Positions 23,390 through 37,900 of a stretch of 64,000 nt of DNA are shown in pieces. Made by a program: the position numbers and the translations under genes. Origin of the DNA: Octopus sinensis (taxonomy: Eukaryota); the NCBI RefSeq assembly GCF_006345805.1, contig NC_042998.1, positions 183,954,001-184,018,000 on the forward strand. Direction: 5' to 3'. Below the pieces are notes generated by a model that saw nothing but the letters and a program-made list of their open reading frames with translations, ran no database searches and was not told the DNA's origin. Position 1 is the stretch's first letter. Every line of letters begins with the position of its first letter.

Positions 23390-24557
23390 GTGAACAGACA
23401 GAATCGTTAATATGCCTGGCAAAATGTTTAGCGGTATTTTGTCTGTCTTTATTAAGTCGATTACATTGACCCCAGTGCATAACTGGTACTTAATTTATCG
23501 ACCCCGAAAGGATGAAAGGCAAAGTCGACCTCGATGGAATTTGAACTTAAAACGTAGCGGCAGATGAAATACCGCTAAGCATTTCGCCCAGCGTGCTAAC
23601 GTTTCTGCCAAAGCAAAAGATTGTCAGAATTATTAGATTGGGATTAATACTGGCATTTCAGTTTTGAGCTTACAGCTGTACAATTTCCTCTCTCTACCTT
23701 TTCTATTGTTCATTGAAGCTGGTGGATCTCATGCCACTCCTACTCAAGCCATCATTCCTGGCTCCCTTATCTCAGTTCATCTTGCCACCCATATGGCCTC
23801 CTCTCTAGTCCTTGCACTCATCACTATGTCCAGTTTTGCTTTCCTTGGGTATTGGTCATCTAGAATTTCTTTGCTTGTCAACAACTACAGGCTTTTCCTG
23901 CAATTGTTGACTTGCAACTGTCAAAACTGCATGCTCCTCACAGGCTTTAGAATACTTATCCTTACATGTATGCAACAGTAAACAAAATACAAAATCTTGT
24001 CTTTCAAGGTTACTATTAAATTACCCTTAAGTCAAAACAATTCTGCATCTAAGCAACACTTTGTAACATTTTACCTTTGAGAATTTATATCTCTCAATAC
24101 CATATCTCTTCCTTAAATTCTGAAACTTTTTCCTAAGTAAGAAATTCTTAATTAGATATTTTCCCATTTTGTTCACAGAATAAACACAGCTTGTAGCATT
24201 TTATTTCAAAATGATATAAAATAATACAAAATCTTAACATTATATGTTATTTTTCAAATTTTTTTCTTATAAATTTCGAAAATAAAATACATTTATGGTT
24301 AAAAAGAAGCTGAAGTGTGTTTTTTTCCCTCTTCCTTTTTGCCTTTAACAACATGGCCGATCTTAGATCTGGTATGTAGTTATCTTGGCAGTTACTTGAT
24401 CCTAACTACCACTTTCTCAGAACGAGACTCAACAATAATGGATGATATGCCTATATGTCATGTTTCAGTTGTTAACATTGTATAATTCAAATTCTATATT
24501 TTTCAAGGATAAATAAGACGGAAAGATATTTGTATATGTATTTTCTGATGTTGCATC

Positions 24558-24686
24558 ATGAGTACAGCAGTAACTTCATCTTCACCTGGGGATCCCAAAC
24601 TTGTTCAGGAGATCATAGACAAGTTGAAATCTCAAGGTTTGTTCGACCAGTTCCGAAAGGAGGGAATGGGCGATGTAGATACAAAG
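24558..24686 (+). CDS. BOD1L1: BOD1L1-like coding exon 1
   Basis: [43 protein letters not shown] then gtaagt. Matches BOD1 PGDPQL...LKSRGLFDSFRRDCLADVDTK. Confidence 0.95.
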
Positions 24687-27600
24687 GTAAGTAGTATCAC
24701 ATACAATTTATGTTTTTAACGATTTAATTGAACCGTAAAGACGTATTATTGCATGTACTATTGACTGATAGATTGGATTGTGAAATATTTTAGTATAGTT
24801 TGATTAAAACACCGCCGTTAGAAATAAGTAAACAATGTATTATAAACGTGCTTTCGGTGATTATCCGGCTTGTGTTTATTACTAGGCAACATAAGAGCAA
24901 TATTACTTAAGCAAAATTATCAACATTAATCTCCGGCGATCTTTCGTCTCTAGTAGACCTTTCCGTCGATTTCCGTAAAAAACTTTCTTTTTTTTTTTAC
25001 ATATGGGCTTGCGGGAACTTTTGAAGTAATATACATACATATACACATACACCGAGTAAAAAATTTCAGTTATCTCTTTCTTTCACACATTACTCTGCCT
25101 CTTCACACATACTAACAGAAGCACTGCACTTACACAACATACTGTCTGTCTCCCACACCCCATCAAACACACACATGTACATCAATGCTTCCCCTGGACG
25201 GTAACTTCAAAAGAACTTCCCTCGTCATGCAATCGTTTTCTATAAGACTAATCTATATATATCTTCTAGATATTTTACTAAGAAGACTAGAATTATTAAT
25301 AAACCGTAAATGTTATTTCCGAAATATTCTAGCGTGAGTTTGGTATTAAGACTACAAAAGTGCACAACTAGAAATTTACAGAAGAGTCGAGATTTTGTGA
25401 CGTTCATGCATTTCCCCAAGGGCGTTGTCAACGCGAATGAAATGTAAGCTTCAATCGGTTATCAAAACCGGCTTGCTGGACTAAAAGATACTTCGATTTC
25501 TTCTACGAGGAACAACACTCTATATATTTACGGGGAATCAGAAAGTGAAAATCAAAATAATAAACAAATTAGCGTTGTTAAAATTGAAAGGAAATGTTTT
25601 CTACAGGGAATCGAAACGTAGACAGGTTTCTCCTACCACGCTCGACTGAGTCAAGTAAGGATGACATCTAAACAAAACAAAAAGAAAAGAAAACTCTTTT
25701 AGTATGACAATTATTTTCTTCAGATTCAAACATCATTGCTTCCGTGACATCACACTGGAGGATTCTTCAGTAAGGCCCTTTGTGTTAAATGATCATAATA
25801 AAGGACGATCTCCATACATCAGCGACAAAAACAGTGCAAAACTGATTCTGCAACCTTGTTATGATACCCTATTGTTTGGCCTTTCACCGATTCTCTCCAA
25901 ATTGCATTAATAGTGCACAATCTTAATACAAAGTCATTATATAAGTTGAAGAAGCCTTTGAGCAGTCGTATGATCTATTGGAAATAGTAGACAAGTCTCC
26001 TTTACGTCACACCCTTCTGTCTTAAAAAAGAGCAGGGTACATTAGATAATATGGTCCTAAATGCATTATAAGGCGACGAGCTGACAGAAACGTTGGCACG
26101 CCCGGCGAAATGCGTAGCCGTATTTCGTCTGCCGCTACGTTCAAATTCCGCCGAGGTTGACTTTGCCTTTCATCCTTTCGGGGTCGATAAATTAAGTACC
26201 AGTTACGCACTGGGGTCGATATAATCGACTTAATCCGTTTGTCTGTCCTTGTTAGCCCTCTCTGTGTTTAGCCCCTTGTGGTAGTAAAGAAATAGATATG
26301 TGAGACTACATTAGCCAATTGACACTTTAGATACACCGAAGTCGAAATGTTTATGGTTTGAGCGACTTTGATCACAGGTTTACTTGATCACAGTTGATTG
26401 GGGTCTGAACAACAACTTTTGCAATAAGTTAGATGAATATTCATAATTCATTTTATATAAACGAAGATGCACCATTTCAGAGCCTTTTGGGGCCAAACGT
26501 GCATATATAACTACATGCACTCTCATTTATATAGTAGATATATAGTTCAAATAAATATTTGATTAGTCTTCTGTGCATTTGCCTGTTAACAGCAACAAGG
26601 GATTTATAGCTGTTTTAACAGTCCAGAGCTCATCAATTTGAGTCTCTTTCTCTTCTCAGTGACCATTGTGTTTCTCTGTTGAGTCAGATCTACAGAAGCT
26701 TGCTCTTTTATGTTATGTCCAAATGTTCTCTTACCCTTCAGAACTTTGGTAAAAGCAAAATCCTAGGTCTTGTCTACCCCCTTGTGGCCTTCATTTATCT
26801 CACATCTCTGAAATTGAAATTTCCTCACAGACTACTACATTGTAGCATGCATTTATAGAACTCTCCTTGATCCACACTTTAACAACTCTAATGTATCCAA
26901 ATGTTTGATTACATCTACACTTGTCCCTTTGTACGTTAATTGCACACATGCTGTTGCTTCTAACAACAGGCTCCTACACATTTAACCTTTTTGTTACTAT
27001 ATTTATTTTGAGATGCTCTGTGTTTCATTCAGTTACTTTAAATATAACAAAGAATTTAGTAAAATAACATTGTTATCATTGAGCTAGTGTTAGGAACATA
27101 AATTGTGACCAAGATTTGGTGGAAGATTTGAATTCAAAACTTACGTAAACAAGACATTTATACTAAAGAGCCAGCGCCGGTTTCAGCTGGGTTGGTAACA
27201 AAAGGGTTAATATTACCTTTCACCTTTTCCTAATCTATTGCACACAGACACCTTCATATTTAACCGAGAGATGAACGGAAACTTCAGTGGAATATGACAA
27301 CTTGGTCTTCTTCAATAGCATGTATGAAGGAAATAGTCTTATTCTGCAACCTCCTTGTAAATTAACAATAGTTAGACATTCTAGACCACATCCAAGTGAA
27401 AGTCATTTGGTTGATTGGTGAAAATTCCCTTTACGATACACTGCAATCTCTAACTAATAGATGTACTCTCTTCTATTACCTTACTCTGCCATCGAAGTCC
27501 ACCTATCATACTTGTTCTCTGCCTCATTGTCCTTACTGTGCCTAATGCTCCAAACTCTCTATTACTTTTCCTAATAAGTCCACTTCAGGATGGGTCTTCC

Positions 27601-30600
27601 TACCCATCACCTGCATAATATTAATTTTTTTTCTTCTTTGATAAGGCCTCAAAGTTTAACTCTTTTGATACCAATCTGTCTGAAATTGCTCCTCGTTCTT
27701 CATTATAAACTTCTTGTTTAAAGTGATCTACATTAAAACCTTCCATTAAAGTTTTGTGTTAATTTATGTTCCAAACACTAGCTTAATAATTATAATCAAC
27801 ATCCTCATCATCGTTTAACGTCCATTTTCTGTGCTAGCACGGGTTGGACGGTTCGACCGGGGTCTGGGAAGCCAGGAGGCTGCACCAGGCTCCAGTCTGA
27901 TCTGGCAGTGTTTCTACAGCTGGATGCCCTTCCTAATGCCAACCACTCCGAGAGTGTAGTGGGTGCTTTTTATGTGCCACCGGCACAGGTGCCAGGGGAG
28001 GCTGGCAGCGGTTACAATCGCTTGGTGCTTTTTACATGCCACTGGCACAGAAGCCAGTCAAGGTGGCGTGGCAAGAGTATTTTACAAAATTCTTCAAAAT
28101 TAATTGAAATGAAGGTAGTGTATTTCATTAGAAGTATGATAATGAAAATGTTAACTCTGTTACGTTCTCATATTCGTTTATAACCTGTAAACACACAGCA
28201 ACTTGCAAATCTAGCCAGCATCTATAACTTGATGTCCAACCATCTGTACATCAGCATTGAATTTTCATTGAAGATTCAAAAGATTCTTTACTTTACTTTC
28301 AGTCTGCAGTTGTGCATCATCCCTAGTGACAGTTCTAATTACCACTTTATCATTTTCCTTAATGACTACCAGTAATTTCTCATCCTTTAAGAAAATACTA
28401 TTCAAGAGGTTTAACTCAGGCACAGGCATGGCTGTCTGGTTAAGAAGTTTCCCAACCTCTGATTTCAGGTTCACTTCCACTGTGTGGCACCTGGGCAAAT
28501 GTCTATTACTATAGCCCCAAGTCAACTAAAGCATTGTTAGTAGATTTGATAGATGGGAAGTGAAAGAAGCCCATATGTGTGTATATATATGTATATAAAT
28601 ATTATATAAGTCATTATACCTGGCCAGCTCCTGTGAACTGTCCTACCTATGCATTCATGGAAGATGGACATTTAACGATCTTGATTATTATTATTATTAA
28701 TCCAAACATGTGGTGGTACAGAAGAAATGAAGTCAAAAATGCTCAGAGAATGTATGAGAATTTATTCAGATTTTAATACACCACACACACACACACACTT
28801 GATCAGTTTACATTTGTTATGTGGAGCTGTGTTGCAAATTGCATCTTTTCTGGCTATCGTAAAAATCGGACACACGCATTTAAAAATGTGTGTGTGTGTG
28901 TGAGTGTGTATGTATTTGTGTCTCTTTGTCTTGACATCACATGATTGTTGTAAATGAATATCAGTCATTTCCAATATTCTGTGAAAACATATCTGATTAT
29001 AGGGAAGCAGGTAAGTTTTGTCTGACCCATGCAAGTATAGAAAAGTGGACTGTAAAATGATGATGATGATGATCTCGTCAAATTTGCTGCTAATGAGGTT
29101 AGACTTGCACTAATCTAAAATTGATAGCTACTTTACCATCATTTCATAAATAGATTGGTTCTCATCTAAGTTTCTTTACCTTAACTAATGACCTCTCTCT
29201 TCAAACTATATTACTTCTGAAATAACATTAAGTTATCTTCTGAGATGTGACTGTAGATACAACAGGTGGAAAGAAAATATTAATTGTTGTAGAGATTGTG
29301 AGAAATAAAAACAGTTGTTGCATTAACAAGTAATATCCAAGCATGGTAATGAAATTAATTTTAAATTGCCTCATTCACACTTTATGTGTTATTATAAATA
29401 ATTAATTTTTTCTTTTTCTTTTCCTTTTACAGCCAGCCTATCAGAATTTGAGGCAACGAATGGAAGGGCATGTGTCCCGCTTTTTGGAGAAGCAGGTGTG
29501 GAGCCCAAATCTGAATAAAAATCAGTTACGAGACCAACTAAGAAAACATATCAATCAGTATGTTGACAACTATTGTATTCTTATATTTTTATATTATTAA
29601 AGCAAAACCATTTGGGTCTCAGAAAAATTGCTTTGCAGTATTTGTTCTAGCTTTTTATGTTCTGAGTTCAAATTCCTCTGAGGTTAACTTTACCTTTCTT
29701 TCATTCTTTCAGGGCTGATAAAATAAAGTATCAGTTAAGTGCTAGGGTCAATTTAACTGACTAGCCCTCTCCCTACAAATGCTGGCCATGCTGGAGCACC
29801 GCCTTTAATTGAGCAACTCGACCCCGGTACTTATTCTTTGTAAGCCCAGTACTTATTCTATCAGTCTCTTTTACCGAACCACTAAGTGACGGGGACATAA
29901 ACACACCAGCATCGGTTGTCAAGCAATGCTAGGGGGACAAACACAGACACACAAACATATACGTACACATATATATATATACATATATACGACGGGCTTC
30001 TTCCAGTTTCCGTCTACCAAATCCACCCACAAGGCTTTGGTCGGCCCGAGGTTATAGTAGAAGACACTTGCCCAAGGTGCCACGCAGTGGGACTGAACCT
30101 GAAACCATGTAGTTGGTAAGCAAGCTACTTACCACACAGCCACACCATTTATTTTTATTATGTCATAAGGTGGTGATTTGATTGTACTTTCACTTTGCTA
30201 AATTGGCCTTGTATCAAATAGGCAACTGATTTTCTGCAGTATGGTATTTACTGAGAAAGCTAGATAAATGTGTTGGAGAGATGTTTTTAATTACATATAA
30301 AGTTTGATCAAAATTAACAGCGCATATGATTAAGAGTTTAACGTTTAAGACTCCTAGCCATTAGTCCCTCAAAATATCCAGCTGGATTAGTGTCTGATTG
30401 TTCTTTCACTTTTAGTACTAGCAGAACTGTTAGCATGCTGAACAAAATGCTTAGTGGCATTTTGTCTGTCCTTACATTCTGAGTTCAAATTCCACTGAGG
30501 TTGACTTTGCCTTACATTCTTTTGGGATCAGTAAAATAAGTACCAGTTGAACACTGCGGTTTTGATGTAATCAACTTAACCCCATCCCCTGAAATTACTG

Positions 30601-33600
30601 GCCTTGTGCCAAAACTTGAAACTATTGTTGTTGTTGTTATTGAGTGAGAGAACAGCACATGCCATCAAAGTGACACTGGGGTACAAATATATGAAGCCCA
30701 ATATACTCATCATGACTACCTGTCTGATAAGGGTGCACCAGGCACATTCATCACAACCATACATGTGTGACATGGTGATCTCATATCAAGATAGACAGCA
30801 CATGACCTTGCAGATGGGGCCCAGTCAGAATTTTCTTCAGGTTGAGTAGCCCATCCTGCTCAAAAGGTCTCTGAATAAGGTTTGCTTAAGGATGATGAAC
30901 AAAACACCCATGATTCCAGAGGTGACTTAATCAAACCCCAAAGAATTTCTCTCAACATATGGCTATGATGCCCTCTGATTACTTCTGTTCATATCATCAG
31001 CCACTCAGGGACGTGCTCAACTGGTTACTGTCAAGCAACTGACAAGCAGATCTGTGGTATTGAGCAGAATATTTGCTATAGTCCATCTTTTATTCCAAGA
31101 CAAAACAATGTACATGATAACACTTCCAATCAGTTAAGATCAAAAGTCATGAAAGCCAGTGCTTGGTACTGCATCAGGAAATTTTTTATTATCATCATCA
31201 AATCATTTTTTATTATCATCATCATCATTGCCTTTGCACAGCTTCTAACGCTGGAGATGTACAACAGCGTCAGCTGTTCATTACCAGTGAACTAAGGTAA
31301 CACCTTATTTTTCAAGCACCTTCTGGAGCATTCGAGTGGTTCCAAGCAGTGCTGTTTTCTGCAAGTGCACCACCCTTATTGCAGCCCCTATTTGTTCCAC
31401 ATGCTTCTCAAGATTTTTGCTCACTGTTCCCAGGGCTCCAACAATTATTGGTACTACTGCTACCTTTTTCATTGACCACATTTGCTTAACTTCCCAAGCT
31501 AACCTGTCATATCTCTCAACTTTTCTTTCTTCTGATCACATACTTTGTTATCAGCTGGGCATGCTATATCTATGATCCAGCATAGTTTCCTTTCTCAATT
31601 AAGACTATGTTTGGCTTCCTATTCCCTATCTCATGGTCGCACTGAATCATAAAATCAGGGTCTTTGCATTTCTATTTTTGACGATGCCTTCAGGTTTGTG
31701 GTCGTACCAATTGTTTGCTCTGTCAAGTCTATACTTGTTGCAAAGTGTCCAATGGACAAGCCTAGCTATATTGTCATGGCATCTCTTTTATTCCTTCTGG
31801 GCTATTGGCGTACATTGGCTGGTTATATGCCATACGGTTTCACCATTTTGTTCACAGATTCTGCACTTATCACTTTCTGCTGTGTTGTCTATTCTGTATT
31901 TTATGTAGTTTGTTCTTAGTGCTTACTCTTGGGCAGCACAGATTAGAGCCTCCGTTTCCGGTTTTAAATCACTTTTAGTCATCCACAGTCATCTTTTTCT
32001 CTGTCTGTCTTATCTTCAACATCCATATGAAATTGATCATGCATTCTTTTCTTTACCCACCTATTTTCAATTCCATTCGTTTTCAATTTCTTGTACAGTG
32101 CTTAATCTTTGCAATCTTTCAACCTACACAAGCCTGACCTTACTTCTAATAATAGCGGTTCTGTGGCATTTTTTACATACCATGCTATGTTGTTTTCTTC
32201 TGCTCTAATGCTGTGTTTGCATCTAATAAGTTCTCTTCTCCTTCTTTTTCTTGGTATGTACAGTCTGTCTGTGTCACTTTTTGGGTGGAGTGACCAATAT
32301 CTAGTCAGCAACTTCCTTGTCTTTCTGTCTAAGCTGTTTAGTTCGTCTACTGTCTGTGCGATTACCCCTGCTCCATACCAGGTAACATTGAAAGTCAAAG
32401 GTTTTGGAGTGACATCTGGAGCACAAGAAGGATGCTGAATGGTTGCAAGAACTGAAACAAACAGTAGTCTGTCCAAAACAGGCAGAACTAGTCATTTCAG
32501 TTAGGGAAGTGAAGGAAATCAGCAAAAAAATGAGCAACTGGAAGGCTCCAGGACTAGATGGAGTTCAGGGCTATTGGATCAAAAGATTTGGTGAATGTCA
32601 TGCATGAATAGCTGCACAACTCAACACCTTGTTAAATGCTGACCAAGTAACACCAGAGTGGTTGACATTGGGTAAGACAGTGCTGTGCCTGAAAAACATT
32701 GAAAAAGGCTATACGGTAGACAATTACAGGCTGATATCCTGTTTGCCACTTATGTGGAAGTTATTGACTGGAATATTTGCAGAGTCAATGTATGAACATC
32801 TGAAAAAAAAAGGAGTCCTGCCACATCAGCAGAAGGGTTGCAAGCATAAGTGCAGAGGCACCAAGGATCAACTCCTGATAGACAAAACTGTACTTAGAGA
32901 CTGCAAGAGGAGGAAAAGTAACTTAGCCATGTCATGGATCAACTATTGTAAGGTGTATGGTATGATTCCATATTCTTGGATTATGGAGTGTATGAACCTA
33001 TTTAGTATTGCATTGAATGTTGAGCGATTGCTTGAAAAAATTGTTGTTGTTGTTGTTCCTCCTTTGTAACATAGTGTAGGTAAAAATGCACCGGAGTTTT
33101 TAGTCATCTGTCAAGTCACAACAAGGACCTCAGACAAATAATACTTTCCTTAAGATGTGTGCTGTGCTCAATAAGCTGCTTTTTGCAAGACATCAATCTT
33201 GCATGGGATTTCCAGTTGCCCTAAGAAATCTTGAAGTTTCAATGGGATTGAGCCCAACACTCTGATCACCACTGATATCACTTTTACATTACTCTCTTGC
33301 ATTCTATACAGTCTGGCCATTTCCACTTTCTACCTCCACTTTCAATTCAGAGTACTTTTTGATTTTTTCAACCTCTTTACTCACAACAGTCATGTCATTT
33401 GGTATGGCTACATCAATGATCTGACAGTATTTGTCTCTCTTGTTCTATATGACAATATCCTGCCGATGGCATTCGATTACACGGTCTATCTGAAAATCAT
33501 AGTCCCCGAGTATCATTACTTTTCCATCCTCCTGCATAACTTAACTTGGTACATGCTCATACCATTTCTCTGTTACTTCATATTGATATTTCCGACATAA

Positions 33601-34889
33601 GAGCCAATAAAGATACACACGCACACTTTATTGTGGCGGCATTTGTATTCTTTTTGTGCAAGGCTCTCACATCCACTTACCTAGTGGGTCTCATTTTCCA
33701 CAGAGTCTGCATTTCTGAGTGTCAAAAGTTTTATAGATGTTATACTTCACTGAATTGGTAGCGAGAGCCTGGGCTTGTGCAGCAATGATCAGGCTTTCAG
33801 TGGTATGCTTCAAATCACCTCATTCAAGCCATGCCCACTCTGCTGTGTAACATCTTGTGTATTCTTTTCAAACTGTCCATGCATTCTCATTTCAAGAAGG
33901 TCTTCTTTTCTGTTCTCCTCAGCTCTTTGCTTAAACACTGCCTTGCCCATCATTTCATCTGCATTTACACCCATATCTTTGGCAGCATATTGCAGCAGGT
34001 CTTCATCATTATTTATCAAATACTCAGCAAGCGTTCTCCTTTCACTCCTTATACAATGGTCTATACTAATTAGTCTTCTGCCACCATTCTTTCTTTTCAT
34101 ATACAATCTGTTCATGTTTACTTTAGGGTGTAGCACCCTATGCAGCGTCATCAACTTTCTCGTCCTTCTATCTAGTGTTGATATTTCCTCCTTAGTCCAT
34201 TTGAGAATGGACGCACTATATCTGACCACCACAACTGCCCAGATATTCATTGCAGTAATCAGATTTTTGGCATTCAGGTTGGATTTCAACACCATCTTCA
34301 CCCTTTTTTGATACACCTCACTGACCTTGACTTTCATTTCTCTGTGTAGAATGTCATCCAGCTCCAAAATCCCTAAATATCTATACCCACTACTGTTGGG
34401 TTCACCCATGATCTCTCCTGATGGTAACCGCAATCCTCTGTAGGCTGCTTTCTTCTCTCTTTTCATATTAAGTACTGAGCATTTGGTGATCCCAAATTTC
34501 ATACCAATGTCCCTACCACACTTCTGGACTATTTTGGTTAAGGAATCTATGTGTTTTTCAGATTTCACCAAATAATTTCAGGTCATCCATAAACAGAAGA
34601 TGGTTCAATGATGGGCTTTTCTTCCCACATTGGTAACCCATCTTAACTTTCCTAAGTGTCATTGTTATGGGTATTAGTGCAATTACAAAAAGTAATGGAG
34701 AAAACGAGTCACCTTGGAAGATTCCCCTTTTAATATTAACTTCTCCAAGGAATACATTACTTGAGTACAAATTAGTTTTCCACTCTTTCATACCAAGTAT
34801 CAGAAAATTTGTGATGTTGTTTGCAACACCAAACATCTGCAGGTATTCAACAATCCAAGAATGAGGCATCATATCATATGCCTTCTTAA

Positions 34890-34943
<54 letters not shown>

Positions 34944-37900
34944 TTTTAGGTCTGGTATCTTGGCTAGTGGAGTGGAGCGAATCATTGAACAAGTGGTTAA
35001 CCCGAAGATATTTTTGGTAATCAAGCCTCGCATTGATGAAGTCATATGTGAACATCTGGAAATTGACTTTAAGGAGCGGCAGGAGAAGCTACTGCGCAAG
35101 AAACACCAGCAGCAAGCCTTGGCCGCTGCTGCTGCTGCAGCTGCTGCAGTGGCTGCTTCAAATAATGCCATGGCAAGTAAGTAGAAATATTTTTCTATCT
35201 GTCTGTCTGTCTGTCTATATGGGTGTGTGTGTGTGTTTGTGTCTATCCTTGTCTTGATATCCCGTGATGATTATAAATGAGCACCGTTGCCATACAAGTA
35301 ATGTTGTTAGTTTCTGGTCTTCCATGAAAAGTGTGCCTGGACATGGGTAAATATTATCTTGCTTGGGAACAGGAAAAGCATCAGGCTGCAGAAAATTTGC
35401 TTCAATTCCATTTTTACCTGCACATACATAGAAAAATGAATGTAAAAACAATGATGACGATGATGATTGTGTGTAAAACATTCGTACAGCAAGACAGAAC
35501 CAACAAAAACAAGCAATCTAAACTTTATATGTAGAGACTATTCTTAGAATATTCATCATTATCATTATCATCATCATTTAAGATCTTGGCCCCGTGCTGG
35601 TGGCATGTAAAAAGCACCCACTACACTCTCGGAGTGGTTGGTGTTAGGAAGGGCATCCAGCTGTAGAAACTCTGCCAGATCAAGATTGGAGCCTGGTGCA
35701 GCCATCTGGTTCGCCAGACCTCAGTCAAATCGTCCAACTCATGCTAGCATGGAAAGCAGGCGTTAAACGATGATGATGAATTTCCTGATGACATAAGTTA
35801 AATGGTTTGACAGGATCTGATAAGCTCAAGGACTGCATCCTGCTCTTGTCTAGCATGGTTTCTGCAGCTGGATGCCCTGCCTAATGCCAGCCACTTTTCA
35901 GTCTGTTACTAGGTGCTAGCTCTAGTGAGGTTGCTGTGCAGATTGCCAAAGCAGAACAGGTTTCTTAGTGTAATGGAGCAACATGATTACTCACATTTTA
36001 GAGGAGGTGGGCGTGATGTGGAGTTGTAAATATTGATATTAGTATTGGGATATATTTTAAATAGATTAGTTTCTCTATACATAGAAAAATTGATAGAATC
36101 AATCTTAAATCAATCTATGCCAAGATTTGCTCCTTACAGTTAAGAGTACCACTATTTTGGCATCAAATCCTGGCAGAGCCAATGTTGTTCATTCTTTTAA
36201 TATTGATAAGATAAAATACCAAGATTGATTATCTCTCTTGCAAGATTGTCTCATATGCTGCCCAAACAATTTATTTCAATTGTAAGATATGAGAAAGGAA
36301 GGTCAGATATTTAATTTATTTATTCCTGTATTTATTGTAGATATTTATATCTAGGGTGGTAATAAGAATTTTGGCTGTTATATCAGAGGTTATAATGCTG
36401 TGAAACTGAATGAAGACGATAGGCAAACAGCTGACCAGCACCAGTCATGCAGCTTCAGAATTCATGAGAATTGCCCACTGGAGTGTAACTATTTGGCAAA
36501 GTAGATAATATGTAGTGCTAAGGTAGACAGACAAAAAAAAAAGATGAACCTAAAATGTATATAGCAGCAACTGACATTCAAAAATTGATTCCATTTGTCA
36601 GCCATGTTAAAAATGAACTACAGCTTCGTCAGATTTATGTTCCATGTTTTCACGAATTCAAAATTACCTGGACAAATGTAGGTAAGGCACAAACATATAG
36701 AAACAGTAGCTTCAGATCAAAAATATGGTGTGATCTTCGCACAAAAAATTAAGAATCTTGCATCAAGACATTGATGATTCGAACAAAAGAATTGAATTGT
36801 TAGTGTCTTGTATGTACAGAGCAAAATATTTTTTGTGTAAATACCAGCCTCCTTAAATTTTGGCCTGGTTTAGGGAATAAAAATACTCCAGAAAACATTG
36901 GCTTTGAAGTGTTTAAAAAATTTTTTTTAGATATCACTTGATGCGATTTCATATGGGCAGTTCTTAGAGTGATCTCCCTTGTCAATTATTTTCATGAAAG
37001 TTAGAAATGAAATGAAATATGCTTGATTTTTTTTTTAAACGTAAAGATAAGGGTTTTCTTGATAATTTTAGTATAATATATTTCGAAATATATTCATATA
37101 ATAGATAATTCAAGAGAAAACATATTTCGACTACCAGCTGAAAGACTGGACACGTAACTCTTGAAGTACTAGAAATTATAAGCTTTTTGGTTGTAATGTA
37201 TTAAAGAATACTGTACATTTATATATTGAATTCTGTAATTTATCAGTTTTTTGTGAACTGTGGCTGTGTTGTAAGAAGCTTACTTTCCAACCATGGTTTC
37301 AGGTTCAGTTCCACTGCGTGGCAACCTTGGGCAAGTGTTTTCTACTATAGCCTTGGGCCACTCTAAGACTTGTGAGTGGATTTGGTAGATAGAAACTGAA
37401 AGAAGCCTGTCGTATACGTGTGTGTGTTTGTATTTGTCCCCCCACCACCACCACTTGACAACTGGTGTTGGTATATTTACTTCCCTGTAAATTAATGGTT
37501 TGGCAAAAAAGACCAGGCTTAAAAAAAAATACTGGGGTTGATTCATTTGACTAAAACACCTCAAGGTGGTGCTCCAGCATGGCTGCAGTCTAATGACTGA
37601 AGCATGTAAAAGAATAAAAGAACATATATGTATATGTAAGACCATTTTTTTAACCTTCAGTTTGTATAGTGATTGCAATGGTGCCATATTAGCATTTGGG
37701 ATTAGAGAAGGTAGGAATTAATAAGGTGGAAGAGAAGATAGTAGTTTGATACAAGATCACTATTAGCTACATGATTGTATCATGTTGGAAAGCTTCTAGC
37801 AGGCACTAGTAAGATTGGTCATGGAGAGTTCCAACCCTGAAAAGTTGATGGCTGATATTGGATATCTGCTAGTAAACTGACTAAATTATTCACATTTCCA

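Larger units (their letters stand above)
24300..26400 (+). promoter_or_regulatory. CpG-retaining region around the BOD1L1 start (putative promoter/first exon)
   Basis: CpG is visibly more frequent than in downstream introns. AACATGGC (YY1-like) motif at 24350. Confidence 0.45.

Noticed and set aside
15276-24300. Nested FASTKD5, which lies in a UBOX5 intron in vertebrates
   Set aside because: There is no long non-TE ORF here; the only long frame is CR1-type RT.
34861-34949. Poly-Leu N-terminus of ORF 34861-35184 resembling a signal peptide
   Set aside because: It is the intronic (TTA)n microsatellite upstream of the true exon 3 acceptor.
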